Below are positions 1 through 15,496 of a stretch of DNA of 64,000 nt, piece by piece. Numbering within the stretch: position 1 is the stretch's first letter; each line of letters opens with the position of its first letter. The DNA is taken from the NCBI RefSeq assembly GCF_009914755.1, contig NC_060932.1; one strand, written 5' to 3'. The notes beneath the pieces were generated by a model, which did not search any database, was not told where the DNA came from, and saw only the letters and a list, made by a program, of their open reading frames with translations. The position numbers were made by a program, and so were the translations under genes. Origin of the DNA: the human T2T-CHM13v2.0 reference genome, Homo sapiens.

Positions 1-51
1 GGCTTTCAGTATTTGTATTTAAGTGAATGATTTTTCAGCCCTTTATTGCAA

Positions 52-93
52 TCTCTCTTGCTCTCTCTCTCTCTCTCTTTCTCTCTCCCTCTT
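52..93. repeat. (CT)n microsatellite
   Basis: Interrupted CT run; explains the REREREREQER ORF on the minus strand. Confidence 0.95.
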
Positions 94-103
94 TACATTT
101 CTG

Positions 104-810
104 AAGTGTAGGCCACTACATGAATGAAGAAGTGAATTAATGAGCTGTGGGCTCTGATCAGGTAAGAATGATGGAGAGAGAGAGGAAGACAGAGAAGCTA
201 AGGGTACTTTCAAGGAAGTGATTCCATTCATGGACCATGGTCCCTGAGATAGATACGGAGAAAAGTGAGGGTGCACATGAGGTACTTAAAATAATAGATT
301 GGTAAGGTTAATGAATTCTTCAAAAATTGTTGCAATGGGTACACTAGTTAGGTAATAGGAGGTAATAAAGAGTTAGTGGCTTGGAATAGAATGTCAGATG
401 GGTGCAGTTATGGTAACAAGGTCAAGGATATGACCATACAATTGTGTAGCTGAGAAGATAGAGGGGTAGATTATTGGAGGTGAGGCAAAGGTGATTTGAT
501 GGATCACATATGGATATATAAGTCTTCATGAATCATGATAATATTGAAGAAAAGGAAGACAATGAGCCAAGACCCAATGTTAACCATGAATGAATACACG
601 AATGGAGAGTCAGCAAGCTGGTGTGTTTGCCTTCAGTAATATTCAACTGATCAAGTGTAGGCCACTGCCTGGGTGAAGAATGACTTAGTGAACTTTGGGC
701 TTGACCACGTAAGAATGACAGAGGAGGGGACAAAGAGTTCAAGGTGCTTTAGAGGAAGTGATTCCAATGAGAAGCCATAGTCCCCGAGGTAGATGAAGAG
801 GGAAGTATGT
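104..810 (-). mobile_element. L2 LINE internal fragments, partly duplicated
   Basis: Segments such as ggtaacaaggtcaaggatatgaccata, attattggaggtgagg and ggaagtgattcca...ggaccatgg resemble antisense L2 ORF2; boundaries approximate. Confidence 0.55.
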
Positions 811-909
811 GACATGTGAAGTATTAGTATATGCCAACACAAAGAGCACTGGAGGACAGGGATCTGATGGCATAGACTTCTAAAGAAATGAAGTTTTGGA
901 AAATGGAGA

Positions 910-934
910 TCTCTCTCTCTCTCTCTCTCTCTCT
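910..934. repeat. (CT)12 microsatellite
   Basis: Perfect dinucleotide run. Confidence 0.95.
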
Positions 935-1089
935 GCAATGACTCATGCATATTATTGTTTTCTCTCCAATAAAATAGAAAGTGCTTAAAGAGCATAGAAT
1001 GTATGGTTGCTTATTATTATTATTTTCTCCTTACAGAGTCAAGCACCACAAGATCAGACATAAAGGCCCATTTTAAATTGGCTTATTAC

Positions 1090-1636
1090 TCATGATCTTG
1101 GTTGCTAATGACAGAAACCTAGTTCAATCTGGCTTAATGAACTGCCTTAGAAGACCGGGAATGTCACAGAGTGAAGCTGGCTCGAGGCATGTCTCTATCC
1201 TGGGGTTCACAGATGACTTGCACTGGGAGTTTGTTCTTCTCCCTTGGGTGTGTCTGAGTTGGCTTCTATTTCAGATAGTCTCTCCCTGAGAAGTGCAAAG
1301 AAGGTCCCAGCAGCTCTAGGTTCTAGCATCCTTAAAATGGCAACCCAATGAGAGAGAAAACTATCTTCCAGTGGTTACACAGAATTTTTCTGGCTGATTT
1401 TGACTAATTTGGCTTGGGTCATATGCCCAAGTTTAGACCCTTGTCTAGAGAGATGGAGTTCTCTGATGGCCCAGCTTGTAAGCTCTCAGATCTCTTTGGG
1501 GCCAGGAAAGTGGTCAACCCTATTAAACCTCATAAAGAGAATGTGAAAGAACCGTGGTTTCTCAAAGGAAAATTGAGTTGTTACTATCAAAGAAAGCAGA
1601 GGAGGCCTGTTGGGCAGCAAAAACACCAGATGTTCA
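1090..1636 (-). mobile_element. MLT1J/K/L-like MaLR LTR
   Basis: ttggttgctaatgacagaaacctagttcaatctggcttaa start; ttgggtcatatgccca; ctcaaaggaaaattgag...tgggcagcaaaaac end typical of old MLT1. Confidence 0.6.
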
Positions 1637-1659
1637 TGCACACATGGGAACAGAAGCTG

Positions 1660-1860
1660 CTAACTGGGTTATCAGGAAGATTAACTGAGATACAGTATAT
1701 AAAGCCCTTCTACAGTACATGGTACCAAGTAGGTGTTAAATACATTTTCATTTCCTATAACTCTCCTGCTGTATTCTGGGCTCTGATCATAACTTGTTCT
1801 GTGATGCTGGATAAATCTCTAACCTTCTTCAGGATCAGTGAATTTATATATCTGATGTCT
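1660..1860 (+). mobile_element. MIR fragments
   Basis: gattaactgagatacagtatataaagc...tggtaccaagtaggtgttaaataca (MIR 3' end) followed by a MIR core-like segment. Confidence 0.55.
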
Positions 1861-1862
1861 TC

Positions 1863-2372
1863 ATGGTAAATCTCAGCAAAAAAATGGCCACAATTTTCCC
1901 CCTTCCTGTACCCATATTCCTTGCCACAGAACTTGCAGCTCCTCCCAACAGAAGGTGCAGTCTATTATCTTACACTTTGAATTGGGGCTGGCCTGGTGAC
2001 TTGCTTTGGCTAATGAAATATGACAGAACTAGTGGGACAGTTTCATACCTAGGTTACTGAGGCCTTGTGTTTCTGCTCCCTGCCTTGGGAACTTGCCCAG
2101 CTGCCATGTGAACAAGCTTGAGCTAGCCTGCTGCAGCGTGAGACTGTGTGGAGATGGAATTCTCAGCCAAGGTCCATCCTAGACTAGCTAGGTCTTAACA
2201 GACCTGCCAGCAGGTGCAGATTTGGAGTGAGCTCAACTGAGATCAGCCCAACCCAGCCCAGACCCACAGAATTGCTCAACTGACCCACAACCACATGAGC
2301 TAAGTAAATGCATGTAATTTTAAGACACTCAACCTTTGGGTGGTTTGTTACACAGCAATAACAATTTGATAC
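1863..2372 (+). mobile_element. MLT1F/G/H-like MaLR LTR
   Basis: gggctggcctggtgacttgctttggctaatgaaat; 3' end tttaagacact...tttgggtggtttgttacacagcaata...tgatac. Confidence 0.75.
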
Positions 2373-3254
2373 TGTCCCTTTGTAGCACAGGACTCCTATA
2401 TTTTCAATTCTTGTTAAATGCCACTTTCTGCTTGCTCTTTGAATGTATTTGATGAGATAAAAGCCCTTTCCTTTCCACAAAACTGAGTTTCCTGCATACT
2501 AAACAGCTCTCTTTCAGTAGCTTCAGTTCCCAGGGTTTCGATCTACACGTGTTAGGCAGCAGTCTCTGCAATAAAAGCATGTTGAAGGACACTTTTCCTT
2601 ATCAACTATGTCATCTGTTGATTTTTCTTGTTTCCTGGAATCTTGGTGAATGTTTTAATGCCAATGCTGTCCTTTTCCTTTGGTTTTTACATAGTTCTTA
2701 TGTATGGATTTTATAGGTTTTCTCTTTTATTCCTTAAATTTTAATGTTTTACTGAATGAACCTTTGCAGTTGGATTTAGAGGATACAGGTGCAGAGCTCA
2801 GCTCTCCTTTCCCTGGCGGTGCTGCCTTGGACAGCTGTAGCTCTGGGGCTTCCTCACCTGTAGCATTAGGGATTATTAGCATTGGGCTCACAGGATTTCA
2901 GAAAGGATCACATGAACCTGAATGCCAGAAGGTGTTCCTGTGGTGCTGGGCATATGGAAGGGGCTCGATACATGTTAGTTCCTCTCCTTCCTAATGACTG
3001 TAACCCTTTTGAACCTACCATAACGGAACTGAGCTCCATTCATGTATCCTGTGATGGCTGCTGAGAAACAGAGATAAATGAGACATCACAGAGGTTATCT
3101 TTTAATTATGATGATTATTTCTAAAAGAATAATTGTAAAGAATGCTGTAATAACAAGTCCAGAGAATAAGGGAGCACTGGAGGGACATTTATTCTCATCT
3201 GCAGTGGAATCATGAAAAGGCTGAGGTGCAAAGATCTTAGATCTCCCTGTTGGT

Positions 3255-3465
3255 GGTGGTTAAGAACTAGGATGCAAGGTTGGGTATGCCTGATTTCAAA
3301 TCCTAGTTCTGCCATTTATAACAGGTGTGACTGTCCACAAAGTACTTCAACAACACAAACCTCAGCCTCTTTGTCTGCAAAATAGGGAAAATCATAATAT
3401 CTCCTTTATGTGGATGTTGTAGAATGAAATGAGAGGGTACTCAGCCTTGAGCACAATGCCTGTAA
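3255..3465 (+). mobile_element. MIR SINE
   Basis: ttcaaatcctagttctgccattta...tgtgac...cctcag...tctgcaaaataggg core and 3' gcacaatgcctg. Confidence 0.7.
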
Positions 3466-4933
3466 ACAGCAAGAGAGATATTTAATTTATCCACACCTTC
3501 CCTGGATGTGTGAGAAAACTGAGACTCTGAGAAGGTCTTCAGCTTCCTGAGGTTGCACAGATGAGTAGGGCTGGGCCCTCCAATTTCTGGTGTTAGTAAG
3601 TGGTAATTTGAGCTAATATCTTCCAGGGTATAAAATTACAAAGCAGATTCTCATCAGAGAGAAAGAATTTCTGCCAATTTCCAAATCAAACAGCTATTCT
3701 TCTAGTTGTGAAATAGAATTGATATTCAGAGCTTAAAAAAGTAATGTAAAAGTGAGCAAGTAAACTATCAGAGTGGTTATGGCATTTAGCAAGCAACCTG
3801 CTACCCAGAGGGATTGGTTTGTTTTCTGTGGTGGGCTCAGTGTCCCATCACATCCAGGTATGATGGTGTGGGGCATGGGGAACATCACAGACAGGGACAG
3901 GGGATGCAAATACTTGAGGAGCCTCAGACACACCTAGAGAGGACTGTCAGGCAGGCAGGAGCTGAGTGCTGAAGAGTAATAGATGGTGAGAGTTAAAGGT
4001 AAAGAGAGGACAAGTTCTGCCTTCTAGGAACTTCTACTAGAAGCTTATTGTTCTGGTGACAGCCAGCCCTGGAAGGGCCAGGCTGAATTAGCACAACATG
4101 AGAATTTAAGAACATTTCATTAGGGACATGTGGCTTTGCCACTTCTAAATGAAGCATTGAAACTTAGACTGGCCTGATTTAATGATAAGGAGAAAAGGTA
4201 ACTTTAAAGTTTCTGAAGGAGTATTCAACCAACTTTGGTTGAACCTCCTAGGAACCCTGCTTTCTGCTAGGCACAGGAGGACAAGATGTAGTTCTTGCTT
4301 TCCAGTTGTCCAATCCAGTGGGAACAACAGATGGAAACAGAGAAGTCAGCAGAGAGCGACCTTAGAGACACAGGCTCACTCTGGCGGATGCTGGAGGGGC
4401 AGCCAGAGAGCTGGGGCTTGAGGATGAAGAGGAGTAGACCAGGTGGAGATGTGGAGGAATGGGATTGAGAAAGTAGGAGGAGTGTATGAATGCCTTCAAA
4501 GGTTGTGGTGCTTGAGAGGAGTGAGAAGGTCATGGTGCACATATGGGCAGGGCTAGTCCTAGGGAAGTGGGAGGGGAGACTGGACAAGATTGTTTAAGAA
4601 TTCAGAGAACTGACCCTTCCTAATTGCTTCTCTATCTCTTAAAAACCCCATCATGATATGTAATCCATATTAAGACATTAAATCTTTGATGAATAAATGA
4701 ATGAATGAATGATGTGCCAATGCTTGAGTACAGGGTCTCGTAGAAGGGAAGGGGCTGATCAGAGACAGAGGGGAATGCTGCATGGGGAGTCTCCAACAGC
4801 AGCGAGGACAAGGCAAGTGCTGAGGCAGCAAGGATTGCTGAATGAAGAATGCTGTGGAGTCAGAGGAACTAGAGAGGATCCCGGCCAGGCCAAGCATTCT
4901 ATCTGTGGTCCTGGCCAACTCAAGAAACCTCTC

Positions 4934-6228
<1,295 letters not shown>

Positions 6229-6399
6229 ATTACTAATTGGTGATGGTGTGAAGATGGATTAAGATGGCACATATAAGGGCTTTGACACGTGGTATGTGCC
6301 CAATAAATACGCAATATTAGTGTATTTTAGAATGCAGTTGCTGATGCTAACAGTAATAAGCATGACTTCCTGCTTCATTCGGTTTATTACACTAGGAAA

Positions 6400-6600
6400 G
6401 AGCATAAATCCCAAAAGCTGCCTGCTTGAACGCCAATCTCATCATTTCCTCTTGTCAGTTGTGTGCTCTTGGACAAGTAACATTCCCTCTCTGTGATGCA
6501 AACTACCTACCTCATGCCTTATGAGAACTAACTGAGTTAATACAATTAATGTGTTTAGAACAGTGTCTGGCATGCAGAAAGAGCTAAGCATTTGTGGTTA
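6400..6600 (+). mobile_element. MIR SINE
   Basis: tgtgctcttggacaagtaacattccctctctgtg; aactgagttaatac...gtgtttagaacagtgtctggcatgcag. Confidence 0.6.
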
Positions 6601-6968
6601 TTACCCAGAGCATGTCCGTGGTCAATTATACAGCAAAGGGCTCTGATCTCTGCTTCTTAGGCAGTTAACCATGCAGAAAGTATAGACTCCAATTACAAAG
6701 AAATCCTCCCATCTCCCTCAGTGCATGTATAAACAATCCTAGATCCCTAACCAAACAGTGCAGAGGGCCATCTGGAATTCTTCAAGCTAAGGTATGGGAT
6801 CTGGGGAAATGCACAACCTTCTGGTTAGTGAATTGTGGTCAGAGACAAACAAGGTCCAGCTGGAAGCATAGAGTCCAGGCTAGGTTGAAATGGATTGATT
6901 CCAGAGTCCAGAGATCCATCTTCAGCCCTGCAAGGATTTGGGAACCAAGCTTTTTGAGGAGGGACAAC

Positions 6969-7167
6969 CAGTGGTGTGATGGTAAATGTTTAACAATTGG
7001 CTCTCTAGGGAAGGAAAAATGGCATGATTTACAGTATTCCATGCTGTAAATACCGCCACCATGGCTGACTTCAAACAAGCAGTGTTAGTCATTAACAAGG
7101 AGTTGGGAAAGAGAGGTACATAGTTGCTTCTCACAAGCCTGTATAAGCAGGTGCCAGCCCACCACTG
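6969..7167 (+). mobile_element. MER63-type hAT-Blackjack non-autonomous DNA transposon
   Basis: Terminal inverted repeats cagtggtgtgatgg / ccagcccaccactg; internal taaatgtttaacaattggctctc. Confidence 0.8.
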
Positions 7168-7637
7168 CCTGGATGCTCCTTGGTGATTTCCAGCTTTGCC
7201 TCACTCCTTCAGCATCATTTCCGGCTACTTACACCCTCAAATTTACTCCCTGGGCACACAGCAAGATGTGCAGTTCCCTGAGCAAGTGTCATTGCTCAAC
7301 TCTGCCTACTCAGCTTTCCCTCCTTTTTGCCTGATTATCCTCACTTCCCCAGAATGACCTAAGGATACTGCATCAGGTAGAGCAGGCTGTGCACTGCACC
7401 ACTCCAGGAAGGCCATCAGAGAAGGCTGGAGCCGTGCAGGGCACAACAAATAAAATCACCTGTGACAGCTCAAATCTCAGACTTTTCTTTCTCCAAGAAG
7501 TCTTTCCCATTCTTCCAGGCTGGGTTGTTACTGCTCCTCTGTACTCCTATAGAACCCTGAATTTTTCTCTGTTCCCAATTTCCCTAAGATAGGAAAGACA
7601 TCTTCTCTAAAATATTGCAAGAGTCTCTTTTAGTGTT

Positions 7638-7813
7638 TGATATGGTTTGGTTATGTGTCCCCACTCAAATCTCATCTCAAATTATAATCCCCACATATGG
7701 AGGGAGGGGCCTGGCGGGAGATGATTGGATCATGGGGGTGGTTTCCCCATGCTTTCTTATGATAGTGAGTGAGTTTTCATGAGATCTGATGGTTTAAAAG
7801 TATATGGTGGTCC
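7638..7813 (+). mobile_element. THE1D/MSTA MaLR LTR, 5' half (split by L1)
   Basis: tgatatggtttgg...caaatctcatctcaaattataatccccac...gattggatcatggggg; left TSD gtgtt 7633-7637. Confidence 0.9.
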
Positions 7814-10800
7814 AGCTAAAGCAGTGTTAAGAGGGAAATTAGTAGCACTAACTGCCCACATCAGAAAGCTAGAAAGATGTCAAATCAACACCCTAACATC
7901 ACAATTAAAAGACCTGGATAAGCAAGGGCAAACTAATCCAAAAGCTAGCAGAAGACAAGAAATAACTAACACCAGAGCATAAATGAAGGAGAAAGAGACA
8001 CAAAAAACCCTCCAAAAAAATCAATGAATCCAGGAGCTGTTTTTTTGAAAAATTAACAACATAGACAGACTGTTAGGTAGACTAATAAATAAGAAAAGAG
8101 AGAAGAATCAAATAGACACAATAAAAAGTGATAAAGGGGCTATCACCACTGACCCCACAGAAATACAAACTACCATCAGAGAATGCTATAAACACATCTA
8201 TGCAAATAAACCAGAAAATCTAGAAGAAATGGGTGGACACATACACCCTGCCAGGAAGAAGTCAAATCCCTGAATAGACCAATAACAAGTTCTGAAATTG
8301 AGGTGGTAATTAATAGCCTACCAACCAAAAAAAGCCTGTGACCAGACAGATTCACAGACAAATTCTGCCAGAGATACAAAGAAGAGCTGGTACCATTTCT
8401 TCTGAAACTATTCCAAACAATTGAAAAGGAGGGACTCCCCCGTAACACATTATTTTGTGGAGCCAGCATCATCCTGATGCCAAAATCAGGAAGAGACACA
8501 ACAAAAAATGAAAACTTTAGGCCAATATCCCTGATGAACTTCTATGTGAAAATCCTCAATAAAATACTGGTAAACCGAATCCAGCAGCACATTAAAAAAC
8601 TTATCCACCATGATCAAGTTGGCTTCATCACTGGGATGCAAGGCTGGTTCAACATACACAAATCAATAAATGTAATCCATCACATAACAGAACCAAAGAC
8701 AAAAACCACATGATTATCTCAATAGATGGAGAAAAGGTCTTTGTTAAAATTCAACGTGTTTTCATGTTAAAAACTCTGAAAAAACTAAGTACTGATGGAA
8801 GATATCTCATAATAATGAGAGTTATTTATGACAAATCCACAGCCAATATCATATTGAATGGGTAAAAAATGGATGCATTCCCTTTGAAAACCGGTGCAAG
8901 TCAAGGATGCCCTCTCTCACCACTCCTATTCAACATAGTTTTGGAAGTCCTGGCCAGGGCAATCAGGCAAGAATAAGAAATAAATCGTGCTCAAATAGGA
9001 AGAGAGGAAGTCAAATTGTCTCTGTTTGCGATGACGATTTTTTTTGCTTAGAAAACCCCATCATCTCAGCCCCAAAACTCCTTAAACTGGTAAGAAACTT
9101 CAGCAAAGTCTCAGGATACAAAATCAATTTGCAAAAATCACAAGCATTGCTTTACACCAGCAGTAGACAAGCAGAGAGCCAAATCATGAATGAACTCTCA
9201 TTCATAATCACTACAAAGAGAATAAAATACCTAGGAATACAGGTAACAAGGGATGTGAAGGACCTCTTCAAGAAGATCTACAAACAACTGCTAAAGGAAA
9301 TAAGAGAGGACATAAACAAATGAAAAATATTCCATCCTCATGGATAGAAAGAATCATTGTTGTGAAAATGGCCATACTGACCAAAGTAAATACAGATTCA
9401 ATGTTATTCCCATCAAACTACCACTGACATTCTTCACAGAATTAGAAAAAACTACTTTAAATTTCATATGGAATCAAAGAAGACCCCATATAGCCAAGAC
9501 AATCCTAAGCAAGAAGAACAAAGCTGGAAGAAACAATGCTACCTGATTTCAAACTATACTACAAGGCTACAGTAACCAAAACAGTGTGGTACTTTTTATC
9601 AAAACAGACATATAGACCAATGGAACAGAACAGAGACCTCAGAAATAACACCACACATCTACAACCACCTGATCTTTGACAAACCTGACAAAAACAAGCA
9701 ATGGGGAAAAGATTTCCTATTTAATAAATGGTGCTGGGAAAACTGTCTAGTCATATGCAGAACATTGAAACTGGACACCTTCCTTACACCTTACACAAAA
9801 ATTAACTCAAAATGGATTAAAGACTTAAATATAAAACCCCAAACCATAAAAACCCTAGAAGAAAACCTAAGCACTACCATTCAGGACATGGGCATGGGCA
9901 AAGACTTCATGATAAATAGGCCAAAAGCAATTGCGACAAAAGCCGAAATTGACAAATATGATCTAATTAAACTAAAGCACTTCTGCACAGCAAAGGAAAC
10001 TATCATCAGAGTGAACAGGCAACCTACAGAATTGGAAAAAAATTTTGCAATCTACCTATCTGACAGAGGTCGAATATCCAAAATTTACAAGGAACTTAAA
10101 CAAATTTACAAGAAAAAAACAACCCCATCAAAAAGTGGGCAAAGAATATGAACAGAGACTTCTCCAGGGAAGACATTTATGTGGTCAACAAACATATGAA
10201 AAAAAGCTCATCATCACTGGTTATTAGAGAAATGCAAATCAAAACTACAATGAGATACTACCTCATGCCAGTCAGAATGGCAATTATTAAAAAGTCAGGA
10301 AACAATAGATGCTGGCAAGGCTGTGGAGAAATAGGAACACTTTTACACTGTCAGCTGGAATGTAAATTAGTTCAACCGTTGTGAAAGACAGTATGGCTAT
10401 TCCTCAAGGAACTAGAACCAGAAATAACATTTGACCCAGCAATCCCATTATTGGGTATATACCCAAAGGAATGTAAATCATTCTACCATAAATACACATA
10501 CACACATATGTTTTGCAGCACTATTTACAATAGCGAAGTCATGGAACCAACCCAAATGCCCATCAATGATAGACTGGATAAAGATAATGTGGTACGTATA
10601 CACCATGAAATACTATGCTGCCATAAAAAGGAATGAGATCATGTCCTTTGCAGAAACATAGATGAAGCTGGAAGCCATCATCCTTAGTGAAGTAACACAG
10701 GAACAGAAAACCAAACACTGTATGTTCTCACTCATAAGTGGAAGTTGAATAATGAGAACACATGGACACAGGGAGGGGTACAGCGCACACCCGGGCTTTT

Positions 10801-10934
10801 TGGGGTTGGGAGGTGAGGGTAAGAAACTTAGAGGATGGGTCAATAGGTGCAGCAAACCACCATGGCACACATATACCTATGTAACAAAGCTGTACATTCT
10901 GCACATGTATCCCGGAACTTGAAGTAATTTTTTT
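7814..10934 (+). mobile_element. L1PA7/L1PA8-like LINE-1, 5'-truncated, ORF2 disrupted
   Basis: ORF2 peptides (AKAVLRGK; [20 protein letters not shown]; [14 protein letters not shown]) in broken frames; FADD motif frameshifted near 9025-9036; 3' UTR ttagaggatgggtcaataggtgcagcaaaccaccatggcac; degenerate TSD 7796-7813 / 10935-10952 (14/18). Confidence 0.95.
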
Positions 10935-11120
10935 AAAGGTGTGTGGTTGTCCCCTGGCCCCACTTTGCCATGGTAAGAGGTGCTTGCTTCCCCTTCCACC
11001 ATGATTTTAAGTTTCTTGAGGCCTCCCCAGTCACGTGGAACTGTGAATCAATTAAACCTCTTTTCTTTCTAAATTACCCAGTCTCAGGTGGTTCTTTATA
11101 GCAGTGTGAAAACTAATACA
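10935..11120 (+). mobile_element. THE1D/MSTA MaLR LTR, 3' half
   Basis: ccatgattttaagtttcttgaggcctcccca...attaaacctctttt...aaattacccagtctcagg...ctaataca; right TSD gtgtc 11121-11125. Confidence 0.9.
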
Positions 11121-11203
11121 GTGTCTGTCTCCACTTGTATATCATAAGTTCTCTAAGAAGAGGAGTCAAGTTGTATTCACATCTGTATCTACAGAACCTA
11201 CTA

Positions 11204-11413
11204 TAGGGGTGTCCAATTTTTGTCTTCTTTGGGCAACATTGGAAGAAGAATTGTCTTGGGCCACACTAAAGTACACTGAATACTAACAATAGCTGATGAG
11301 CTAAAAAAAAATATCTCATAATGTTTTAAGAAAGTTTACGAATTTGTGTTGGGCTGCACTCAAAGCCGTCCAGGGCTGCATGTGGCCTGTGGGCCATGGG
11401 TTGGACAAGCTTG
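11204..11413 (+). mobile_element. MER30 hAT-Charlie DNA transposon
   Basis: taggggtgtccaat...ggttggacaagcttg; perfect 8-bp TSD acctacta at 11196-11203 and 11414-11421. Confidence 0.95.
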
Positions 11414-11599
11414 ACCTACTAGAGCATGCAGCCCAGGGGCTCTGTCTGGACTGTATTAGATTGGGGCAGAGAATCCTCAGGGCAGACAATTAGAACTGTG
11501 CCTGATTACCAGAAGGGACTGCATGCAAAGAGTAACTGGATTGGTTCTGTGGAACCCCAGAGCACTGATATAGGTCTGCTGAAGGAAAGACATTCTGGA

Positions 11600-11720
11600 A
11601 GACAGACGACAATTCTAAAGAATGATATTTTAACTGACAAAACTCTTCAAGCAGTGCAAGAGCTGCCTTGAGAGGTGGTGAGCTCCTTGTCTCTAGAAGT
11701 ATGTAAGTAAAGATTGAGAT
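11600..11720 (+). mobile_element. L3/CR1 3'-end fragment
   Basis: gctgccttgagaggtggtgagctccttgtctctagaagtatgtaag resembles the CR1/L3 3' motif. Confidence 0.5.
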
Positions 11721-12677
11721 ATATACAGAAGGTAAGCTATATGGGGATTTATCGATGCAGAATCTTTTGTGAGGCATTGAAGGAGGAAGATAAAATATAA
11801 ATGGGCATTGACTTCGCCTTAGCTTCATAACAAGTGAGATATCTTCAGAGAATCCATGCAAATCTCTAGACAGTGTATCATAAGGGAGAAAGGGGGAATT
11901 CACTCCTCAGCTCAGGTCTCCAATCAGTCAAATTGCACAGGACATCAGCACGCTTGCGTTTCCCAGTTGCCGCACCCGATCCCTCTGGCAGCCTCTGGAG
12001 AAGCTATATCCCAAAAATCTGTGGAGTCATTTTAGGGCAAACCACCTGCCTTCTTAGAGCTTGGAGGGTGGCCTGGCCTGCTAGCAGTGGGTCTGTGAAA
12101 TCCTGCACCTCAGCAGCAGCAGGGAACACCAGAGAGAGAAGAATATGCAGGCCTGGATGGGAGAGGCACAAGAATTGTGAAGCAAGATGCTTCTGAGCTT
12201 GCCCACTGGCCATATGTAGGTCCAGGTTGGCGTGGCCAGCTGAGAGGGAGGGACACCATTCAGGGAATGGCCCCTTCCCAAAAGATGGCAACATAACTCT
12301 AGATTCTCTATTCAATAAAAATGAAAACCTCCTCTCTACAGCCTACATAAATTACATTGATTGCAGAAATCTGCCTGGATGTTCATCAGTAACCTCAAAA
12401 AAAAAAAAAAAAACAACAACAACAAAAAAAAACACAGCTGAGTGTATCCAGGGAGGCACTTAAACTGAATCCAGCACAGACTCCAATATCACAAATGCAA
12501 ATCATCAATATGGACATTTTCTTCATTCCAGGGAATGTATTTTTCCAGGATTTTAGTGGTAAGAGAACATGTTACATTCCTTTTTACACTTTCCCTTTTT
12601 GCAAATGACAGGATGAAGCCAAGAAGGTTGATGAGGTCTGCACCGAGAAGTCAGGATGGAACATTTACTATGAAGGA

Positions 12678-12900
12678 TGTGCATGTGCTTGTGTGTGTGT
12701 GTGTTTGTGCGTGCTTGTGTGCATGCGCATATGTGTGCATGTGTGTGTATGCATGCGTGTGTGCGGGTGTGGATGTGTGCGTGTGTGCATGTGTGTGTGC
12801 GTGTGCATATGTGTGTGCGTGCATGCGTGTGTGCATGTGTGCATGCATGCATATGTGTGTTTGTATGTGCGTGTGTGTGTGAGTGTGTGTGTATGCACAT
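12678..12900. repeat. Degenerate (TG)n/(TGCA)n alternating purine-pyrimidine tract
   Basis: ~220 bp of TG/CA/CG units with about 9 TGCATG hexamers on the + strand. Confidence 0.95.
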
Positions 12901-13686
12901 GCTTATAAGCAAATGTAAGTTTGCATTCAAATGAGTGTGTTCCATGTATCAGTGTGAATATGTGGGCTTGATTATACTTAAAAGTACACATGCATTCTCA
13001 GCTGTGTATGCACATCTTTGCATGAGCCTAGATGTGGGTGTGAGTGTGTCTTATTCATGTGGATCTGAGTACACAATGAGAGTGCACTCTGGTGTGTGTC
13101 TGTGTATGGTGTACAAAGGCCCTGTCTGCTGGTTAATGTGTGTGTGCAGCTTGCTCTGCAGCTTCCCCTCCCATTCTGCCTGCCCCTGGAAGGACCTGTG
13201 TTCTCCATATTTAGGAATCTCTGGACCTCTGCCTGCAAGATAGACTGAGGTTCTTTCTGAGGAGGAGCCAGCGTGACCCACCTCTAAGCCCTGGGCCCTT
13301 GCCTGGGACAGTGAACTACACTGTTAACTTTCTCCTCTGGGAAATGAGAAAGAATAAAAGCCCAGACCTAATGCAAATATTCCACAAGACAGTGTTACTA
13401 AATCCTGCCTGTACTCATTGAAGAGAGCATCAAGGTGACAAAAGTCAACAGGTCAGCTGGGAAATGCAAGTCTGCAGAGCTCCTGCCATTCTCACCAGCT
13501 CTGTCCCTGCACTTGCCCCTACCCAGCTGGGTTCAATATGTCTGGTTTCCAACTCCCAGCCCCTCTAGGCCTGCCCTGTCTAATGTCATTTGATTCAATG
13601 CAATTCATTTCAAGGCAAGTTGATATCATCATGAAACAAAAATGGAAAAAATCCTTAAAACCAAAAACAGGTTTAAAAAGGTGTAG

Positions 13687-15267
<1,581 letters not shown>

Positions 15268-15284
15268 AAAAATGTGTGGGGCTG

Positions 15285-15490
15285 AGACTCTGAGACTGAG
15301 AATTGCCTGCAGCAGCTTCATTGGAGAGTGCTGTCCTGAACAACACCACTAGGGTGGTGAGGGAGGCAGGTTTGGGCCTGACGGAGAAGTTACACTGAGA
15401 CACACTTGCATCAGAGGCCTCTGTCCCACCAGCAGCTCTGGAGCTGGGCAGCCTTCAGGGTTGTCATTAATTGAGGCAAGGGGGCAGGTG
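15285..15490 (-). mobile_element. LTR33-like ERVL LTR fragment
   Basis: ttggagagtgctg...gaggcaggtttgggc...gctctggagctggg...ttcagggttgtc; homologous to 56320-56700. Confidence 0.6.
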
Positions 15491-15496
15491 TGTACA

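Noticed and set aside
12535-12991. Cys/Val- and His/Thr-rich ORFs (also 20186-20681) as metal-binding proteins
   Set aside because: Translations of TG/CA repeats that lack stop codons in several frames
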